Shown: in pieces, positions 26,668-32,000 of the stretch
Position numbering within the stretch: position 1 is the stretch's first letter
Layout of the letters: each line of letters opens with the position of its first letter
NCBI RefSeq assembly: GCF_000195975.1
Contig: NC_005070.1
Span: 2,340,001 to 2,372,000 of the forward strand
Direction: 5' to 3'
DNA length: 32,000 nucleotides
From: Parasynechococcus marenigrum WH 8102
GTDB lineage: Bacteria; Cyanobacteriota; Cyanobacteriia; PCC-6307; Cyanobiaceae
Notes under the pieces: generated by a model
The model's input: only the letters and a program-made list of their open reading frames with translations
Database searches by the model: none
Told to the model about the DNA's origin: nothing
Position numbers and translations under genes: made by a program

Positions 26668-27239
26668 GCCATCAACGCTGCCAGATCCTCCGGACGGTTG
26701 GCATTCAGCAAGGCCTGAGACGGCAGCACCACCGGCCGATGGGGCACCGACGCCAACCAAGCCATCCAACGCCGTTCACCGCGGGCCAACTGCTCAGCGA
26801 GCCTGGTTTGAAACGGTTCTCCCGTTGGAATCACCGCCAGCAATGGCTGCAGGCGCTGCCCATCCTGGGCAACGGCGATCTGATCAGGCTTCTCATACCA
26901 GGAGTTGATCAACTGCTGAAGAACAGCAGCACTGAGCCGAGGCATGTCCACGGGCAGCACCAGCAGAGCTTCAGCAGGGGTACCAGGCAACACGCGGCCG
27001 AGAGCCTGAAGTGGCCCCTGCCAGGGCGGTGGCTCCTGCACAACGGTGACGCCGCGACGATCAGCCAGTTGATCCCCATGGGTTGGATGACGGCTGACCA
27101 CCTGCAACGGCAAACCGAGAAGCCTCACCTGATCCACCAGGGCGGTCAGCCAGAGCCCTCCACTGGGGTGCGGCAGCAGAGCTTTGTCCTGACCCATGCG
27201 CCGGCTCTCTCCACCGCTGAACAAGCAGGCACACAACAT
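26664..27239 (-). CDS. mobA: molybdenum cofactor guanylyltransferase MobA
   Basis: LFSGGESRRMGQDKALL N-terminal motif; about 191 aa; ATG at 27239. Confidence 0.8.
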   Translation of the reverse strand: MLCACLFSGGESRRMGQDKALLPHPSGGLWLTALVDQVRLLGLPLQVVSRHPTHGDQLADRRGVTVVQEPPPWQGPLQALGRVLPGTPAEALLVLPVDMPRLSAAVLQQLINSWYEKPDQIAVAQDGQRLQPLLAVIPTGEPFQTRLAEQLARGERRWMAWLASVPHRPVVLPSQALLNANRPEDLAALMA

Positions 27240-27391
27240 CAACGCGAAATGTCTCCAGCCATCATTGATTCCATCTCAGCAAAACCCATTCCCCGCGGTG
27301 ACAACCGCTACCAAGCAAAAACTGAACGCGGATGCTGATCAATCGGATAAGCCCAAGCGATGTTCCTCTCATCACACAAACCCTTCCATTG

Positions 27392-27405
27392 GTAGCAATT
27401 CCAAC
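27392..27405 (+). promoter_or_regulatory. GTA-N8-AAC NtcA-like site upstream of nrtP
   Basis: GTAGCAATTCCAAC. Only a weak -10 (TTAACT) follows after 22 nt. The site lies about 118 nt upstream of ATG 27523. Confidence 0.35.
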
Positions 27406-27522
27406 GAAGTCGTTCCCTGTTGATTGATTAACTGCCCGAGTTAACGGATTTTTTTCGACCGTTTCGCCACCCACGGGCACCCTTTCGTTTTGAAGCCCGC
27501 GGTTTCAACATTTCTCTTCTCA

Positions 27523-29063
27523 ATGCTTGGCGACCTCTGGTCGTTCCAGGGCAGGTACCGAACCCTTCACCTCACCTGGATCGCCTTCTTCCTGACCTTT
27601 GTGGTCTGGTTCAACCTGGCCCCTCTGGCCACCACCGTGAAAGCGGACCTGGGACTGACCGTTGGTCAGATCCGCACAGTGGCCATCTGCAACGTGGCCC
27701 TCACCATTCCTGCGCGCGTGCTGATCGGCATGCTCCTCGACAAGTTCGGACCCCGGATCACCTACTCGTCGATCCTGGTGTTCTCAGCGATTCCCTGCCT
27801 GCTGTTTGCCTCCGCTCAGAGCTTCAACCAGCTGGTGGTGGCCCGTCTGCTGCTCTCCATTGTTGGCGCCGGCTTCGTGATCGGCATCCGCATGGTGGCC
27901 GAATGGTTCCCGCCTAAGGAAATCGGCCTGGCTGAAGGCATCTACGGCGGCTGGGGCAACTTCGGCTCCGCCTTCTCCGCCCTCACGATGGTTGCCCTCG
28001 CTGGCTTCCTCTCCTTCTCCGGCGGCTTCGAACTGCCCACCGGCACTGTTCTGAACTGGCGTGGTGCCATCTCCCTCACCGGCATCGTCTCCGCCGTTTA
28101 CGGCCTCTTCTATTTCTTCAACGTCACCGACACCCCCCCGGCAAGACCTATCAGCGCCCTGAGAAAACCGCAGGCCTGGAGGTCACCTCCATGCGCGACT
28201 TCTGGGGTCTGCTCGGCATGAACGTGCCCTTCGCAGCCATCCTCTGCGTGCTCTGCTGGCGTCTCGGCAAGGTGGGCTTCCTGACTCCGTCCACCTACCC
28301 ACTGGCTCTCGGGGCTGTTGCCGTCTGGTTTGCTTTCCAGACCTGGGGAATCATTCGCACCAACCGCGACCTGATCCTCGGCAACAAGGTCTATCCCAAG
28401 GAAGACCGCTACGAGTTCCGCCAGGTAGCGATCCTCGAGCTCACCTACATCGTGAACTTCGGCTCCGAACTGGCCGTGGTTTCGATGCTGCCCACCTTCT
28501 TTGAAACCACCTTCGATCTGCCGAAGGCCACCGCCGGAATCCTGGCCTCCTGCTTTGCTTTCGTGAACCTGGTTGCCCGCCCTGCCGGTGGTCTGATCTC
28601 CGACAGCGTCGGCAGCCGCAAGAACACCATGGGCTTCCTCACCGCCGGTCTCGGCGTGGGCTACCTGGTGATGAGCATGATCAAGCCCGGCACCTTTACC
28701 GGCACCACCGGCATCGCCGTTGCCGTGGTGATCACCATGCTCGCCTCCTTCTTCGTGCAGTCCGGTGAAGGCGCCACCTTCGCGCTGGTGCCCCTGGTCA
28801 AGCGTCGCGTCACCGGTCAGGTGGCCGGCCTGGTGGGTGCCTACGGCAACGTTGGTGCTGTGACCTACCTGACCATCTTCAGCCTTCTGCCGATGTGGAT
28901 GGGCGGCGGCGGCGAACCCACCCCCGAGGTGATCGCGGCTTCCAACAGCGCCTTCTTCCAGATCCTGGGCGTGGCCGGTCTGATCGTGGCCTTCTTCTGC
29001 TTCTTCTTCCTCAAGGAGCCCAAGGGATCTTTCGCGGAACTGCATGAAGGCGAAACCGCCTGA
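27523..29063 (+). pseudogene. nrtP: nitrate/nitrite MFS permease NrtP (NapA), frame broken by a 1-nt deficit in a C7 run (true pseudogene, split gene or homopolymer sequencing error)
   Basis: Two track ORFs (27490..28221 and 28191..29063) are the N- and C-halves of one MFS transporter. Frame 1 reads ...NVTDTPPARPISAL... and stops at 28221. Reading the other frame back from 28191 gives PPGKTYQRPEKTAGLEVTSMRDFWGLLG. The frames meet at CCCCCCC 28133..28139. One extra C would give a continuous 513-aa protein. Confidence 0.8.
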
Positions 29064-29065
29064 TT

Positions 29066-29098
29066 GTGATGTCCAGCAGCGCAGTGGCGCTGCATCAC
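29066..29098 (+). other. bulged hairpin directly after the nrtP stop
   Basis: GTGATG(tccag)CAGCGC agtg GCGCTGCATCAC forms a 12-bp stem with a 5-nt bulge. Confidence 0.3.
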
Positions 29099-29099
29099 G

Positions 29100-29132
29100 G
29101 CCCGGAGCTTCGGCTTCGGGCTTTTCTCTTTC
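29100..29132 (+). terminator. intrinsic-terminator-like hairpin between nrtP and narB
   Basis: GCCCGGAGC TTCG GCTTCGGGC forms a 9-bp stem (one G-U pair) with a UUCG loop, followed by TTTTCTCTTTC. It ends 10 nt before the narB ATG. Confidence 0.6.
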
Positions 29133-29142
29133 GTAAGCCCTG

Positions 29143-31374
29143 ATGTCTGACGGCCCTCGCAGTGTTCGCAGCCAGTGCCCCTACTGCGGTGTGGGCTGCG
29201 GTCTTGAGCTGCTGCCTCCGGCCGTGAAGGGTCAAGCCGTGAAGCGGGATGCAGAAGGCAACCCGATGTGGACCGCCCGCGGCGACCGCGAACACCCCTC
29301 CAGCCTTGGCCAGGTGTGCATCAAGGGGGCCACCGTCGGCGAAACCCTGGCCAGGGGACGACTGCGACAACCGTTGTTCCGCAGCAAGCTCACGGACGCC
29401 TTTGCGCCGATCAGCTGGGACGACGCCCTCGACAAAATCACCGGACAGATCAAGGCGAGCTTGGCCCGGCGCGGCAATGCCGATGGCATCGCCATGTACG
29501 GCTCAGGGCAGTTCCACACCGAGGATTACTACCTGGCCCAGAAACTGCTGAAAGGCGCCTTGGGCACCAACAATTTCGATGCCAACTCGCGGCTGTGCAT
29601 GAGCTCAGCGGTGGCCGGCTACACCCGCAGCCTGGGTTCCGATGGCCCGCCCTGCAGCTACGAGGATCTGGATCACTGCACGGTGGCCTTTCTAATCGGC
29701 ACCAACACCGCCGAATGCCACCCGGTGCTGTTCCAGCGGCTGCTGAAGCGGAAACGCAAGAACCCGGGCAGCGTCAAGATCGTGGTGGTGGACCCACGCC
29801 GCACCGACACCGCAAAGGCGGCTGATATTCACTTGCCGATTGCTCCGGGCAGCGACCTGGCCCTGCTACACGGCATCGCCCACCTGGTGCTGCGGGACAA
29901 CGGCCAGGATCCAGCCTTCATCGACAACCACACCGAGAACTACGACGCGTTCTTCGACGTGGCCGCCCGCTGGACCCCCAGACGGGTGGCCCTGTTCTGC
30001 AACATCCCCGAGAAACGTCTGCGGGACGTGGCGGCTCTGTTTCACCGGCGCCAAAAGGTGCTGAGTTTGTGGTCGATGGGGGTGAACCAGCGCCGTGAAG
30101 GAACGGCCGTGGTGCAAGGCCTGATCAATCTGCATCTGCTCACCGGCCAGATCGGCAACGAAGGAGCGGGCCCGTTTTCCCTGACCGGCCAACCCAATGC
30201 CATGGGCGGCCGCGAAGCCGGGGGGCTCGCCCACCTGCTGCCGGGCTATCGGTTGGTGGCCAACCCTGAGCACCGCGCCGAGGTGGAACAGGCCTGGAAG
30301 CTCCCGGCTGGCCAAATCGCCGCCAAGCCGGGGCTTGCAGCGTGGCAGCAGGTGGAAGCGATGGAACGCGGTGACCTTGATCTCTGGTGGGTAGCCGCCA
30401 CCAACCCGCTGGTGAGCATGCCGGACCTGGATCGGGTCAAACAGGCCATGGGCAACTGCCCGTTGGTGGTGGTGAGCGAGGCCTACGCCGACTCAGAAAC
30501 GTCCCACTACGCCCACCTGCTGCTGCCAGCCGCCCAATGGAGTGAGAAGGCCGGCGCCATGACCAATTCCGAGCGGCGTGTGACCTTCTGTCCTGCCTAC
30601 CGCCTCCGCTTCGGGGAAAGCCGTCCGGACTGGGAAGTGTTCGCGGACGTGGGTCGCCGGTTGGGTTACACCGAGCAGTTCCGCTTCGACTCGGCTGCCG
30701 AGGTGTACGCCGAATTCACCCGACTCACCCAGGGACGCCTCTGTGACGTCAGTGGCCTCAGCCACGAACTGCTTGAGCAAGCGGGGCCTCAGCAATGGCC
30801 TTATCCCATGGGCAGCATCCCCAGCACAGCAGCCAAACGCCTCTACGAAAACCATCTGTTCGCGACCCCCAGCGGCCGGGCGCGTTTCAGCACCGACCAG
30901 CCTTTAGGCCTGGCAGAACCCCCCTGCGACACCTACCCATTGGTGCTGACCGTCGGTCGATACCTGGGGCAGTGGCACACGATGACCCGGACCGGGAAAG
31001 TGGAGCGGCTGATGAAACAGCACCCTGAGCCATTGCTGGAGATTCATCCAAGCGATGCCCAGGAACTACAACTGCGCAACGGCGAGCTGGCTGCGATCAG
31101 CTCGCGCCGCGGCCACCTCACAGCCACGGTGAAGGTGACCGATCGCATCCGCTGCGGAACTGTGTTCCTGCCGATGCACTGGGGATTCACCCAGGAGAAG
31201 GCTTGCGAAGCCAACACGCTGATGCATGACGATGCCTGCCCGGTGTCCAAGCAACCGGAACTGAAAGCCTGCGCTGTGATCGTGGCGCCGGCGGTCTCCG
31301 TGGTGAAACCGGTGGAGCAGGAGAAAGGACGCCTGGAGGCACTGCGGCGCCTGCTCACCCCAGCACTTCGCTGA
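29143..31374 (+). CDS. narB: assimilatory ferredoxin-dependent nitrate reductase NarB (molybdopterin oxidoreductase)
   Basis: 743 aa. N-terminal Fe-S motif CPYCGVGCGL, a molybdopterin oxidoreductase-like body, and position directly after nrtP. Confidence 0.93.
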   Translation: MSDGPRSVRSQCPYCGVGCGLELLPPAVKGQAVKRDAEGNPMWTARGDREHPSSLGQVCIKGATVGETLARGRLRQPLFRSKLTDAFAPISWDDALDKITGQIKASLARRGNADGIAMYGSGQFHTEDYYLAQKLLKGALGTNNFDANSRLCMSSAVAGYTRSLGSDGPPCSYEDLDHCTVAFLIGTNTAECHPVLFQRLLKRKRKNPGSVKIVVVDPRRTDTAKAADIHLPIAPGSDLALLHGIAHLVLRDNGQDPAFIDNHTENYDAFFDVAARWTPRRVALFCNIPEKRLRDVAALFHRRQKVLSLWSMGVNQRREGTAVVQGLINLHLLTGQIGNEGAGPFSLTGQPNAMGGREAGGLAHLLPGYRLVANPEHRAEVEQAWKLPAGQIAAKPGLAAWQQVEAMERGDLDLWWVAATNPLVSMPDLDRVKQAMGNCPLVVVSEAYADSETSHYAHLLLPAAQWSEKAGAMTNSERRVTFCPAYRLRFGESRPDWEVFADVGRRLGYTEQFRFDSAAEVYAEFTRLTQGRLCDVSGLSHELLEQAGPQQWPYPMGSIPSTAAKRLYENHLFATPSGRARFSTDQPLGLAEPPCDTYPLVLTVGRYLGQWHTMTRTGKVERLMKQHPEPLLEIHPSDAQELQLRNGELAAISSRRGHLTATVKVTDRIRCGTVFLPMHWGFTQEKACEANTLMHDDACPVSKQPELKACAVIVAPAVSVVKPVEQEKGRLEALRRLLTPALR

Positions 31375-31825
31375 AGGCGGCATCCAGGTTGTGGTGGTCA
31401 TGACCCGGCCGCACCAGCTTGCAGAGAGCGAAACGTTCCAGCTCAGTGACGTGGGCCCATTGCTCAGGCGTCAACTCCACACCCCGGGCCACCGCAGCGC
31501 GGTGAATCTCTGCCGGTAAAACGGACTGCTGCTGCCAGGCTGCGCCCACAGCCGGCGGCAAATCCTTCACCACACCATCAGCCATCCCCTCTGTGAGATC
31601 CCGCAGGTACTGCCGGAGTTGATCGAGCGCATTTGCAGCGTCCGACCAATCCACCAGCTCTTGCCGCTGGTTCTGCGTGAGTGCCAACCAGTGGCTGAGC
31701 TTGAGCTTCACACCGGCCAGATCCAACTTGCGGCGCACGCAAAGGGGAATGCAACGCCAGGTACCGATGAAATCCTGCTCGAAAGCAAAACAATGGCTGG
31801 ATGAATCAGAGGTGCTGGCCATCAA
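31355..31825 (-). CDS. nitrate reductase-associated protein (NarM-like)
   Basis: 156 aa. FAFEQDFIGTWRCIPLCVRRKLDLAGVKLKLSHWLAL resembles, from memory, the cyanobacterial nitrate-reductase-associated family. It is convergent with narB and overlaps it by 20 nt. Confidence 0.55.
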   Translation of the reverse strand: MMASTSDSSSHCFAFEQDFIGTWRCIPLCVRRKLDLAGVKLKLSHWLALTQNQRQELVDWSDAANALDQLRQYLRDLTEGMADGVVKDLPPAVGAAWQQQSVLPAEIHRAAVARGVELTPEQWAHVTELERFALCKLVRPGHDHHNLDAAFSEVLG

Positions 31826-32000
31826 CGAAGCCCGCGAACGGTGTCAATGATGACAACGACCAATCAGGAAATCAGAGATGTTCATCTCGTTACACATCCA
31901 CGTCCGTGCGATTCGCCCTCTCCCTCGGAATGTTGCTTGGCATGTCCCACGGTTGGGTGACGGCTGAGGGCCAAGCAAACGACAATTCAGACCTTCTTGA

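Noticed and set aside
27240-27420. Possible Moco riboswitch or leader upstream of mobA, and the 72-aa ORF 27262..27480(-).
   Set aside because: Reading the minus-strand leader, I could not recognise the conserved Moco-motif elements. The ORF has no Shine-Dalgarno sequence and no recognisable motifs, and it sits in a promoter region. A GTG-N8-TAC at 27298..27311 also lacks a usable -10 box.
28132-28140. Programmed -1 ribosomal frameshift at C CCC CCG joining the two nrtP halves.
   Set aside because: The heptamer formally fits X-XXY-YYZ and the required shift is -1. I saw no obvious downstream stimulatory structure, and a homopolymer-length error or mutation is far more parsimonious. It is kept only as a remote alternative in the nrtP finding.
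31906-32000. Open frame running off the 3' edge (GTG at 31906: VRFALSLGMLLGMSHGWVTAEGQANDNSDLL...), possibly a signal peptide of a secreted or outer-membrane protein.
   Set aside because: It covers only 31 codons, the start is uncertain and there are no motifs, so it is too little to call as a feature.
1-32000. Mobile elements, CRISPR arrays, tRNA/rRNA genes and phage-defence genes.
   Set aside because: I saw no transposase, integrase or recombinase-like ORFs, no terminal inverted repeats, no regularly spaced repeats and no tRNA-like cloverleaf candidates in the intergenic gaps. Apart from short AT-rich gaps, the composition looks uniform.

Overview
High-GC window that reads like a marine picocyanobacterial (Synechococcus-type) nitrogen-acquisition supercluster; the organism call is inference from gene content and order. 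Left to right: a divergent glucosylglycerate pair (GH13_18 phosphorylase, cut by the window edge, and gpgS); an AT-richer islet with two small cyanobacterial-type genes (NblA-like, DUF1830); urtEDCBA (minus strand); ureGFE (minus) divergent from ureDABC (plus); a DUF4278 mini-gene; a minus-strand block I cannot assign to any characterised pathway (Na+/solute symporter flanked by two unlisted one-helix mini-ORFs, then a divergent transcarbamylase, an AsnB-type amidotransferase, an M20 carbamoyl-amidohydrolase and a DUF1028 Ntn-hydrolase); the conserved but experimentally unexplained triad of circularly permuted ATP-grasp, alpha-E and transglutaminase genes; mobA-moaA-cupin (minus); nrtP, whose frame is broken at a C7 homopolymer; narB; and a convergent NarM-like gene. 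No rRNA, tRNA, CRISPR array, transposase or integrase was seen. The best candidates for new biology are the transcarbamylase/AsnB/M20/DUF1028 operon with its transporter and the ATP-grasp/alpha-E/transglutaminase operon, both embedded among N-assimilation genes. A recurring GTA-N8-AAC (NtcA-like) motif sits in most intergenic gaps. All calls come from reading the sequence and the ORF track; no database search was possible.
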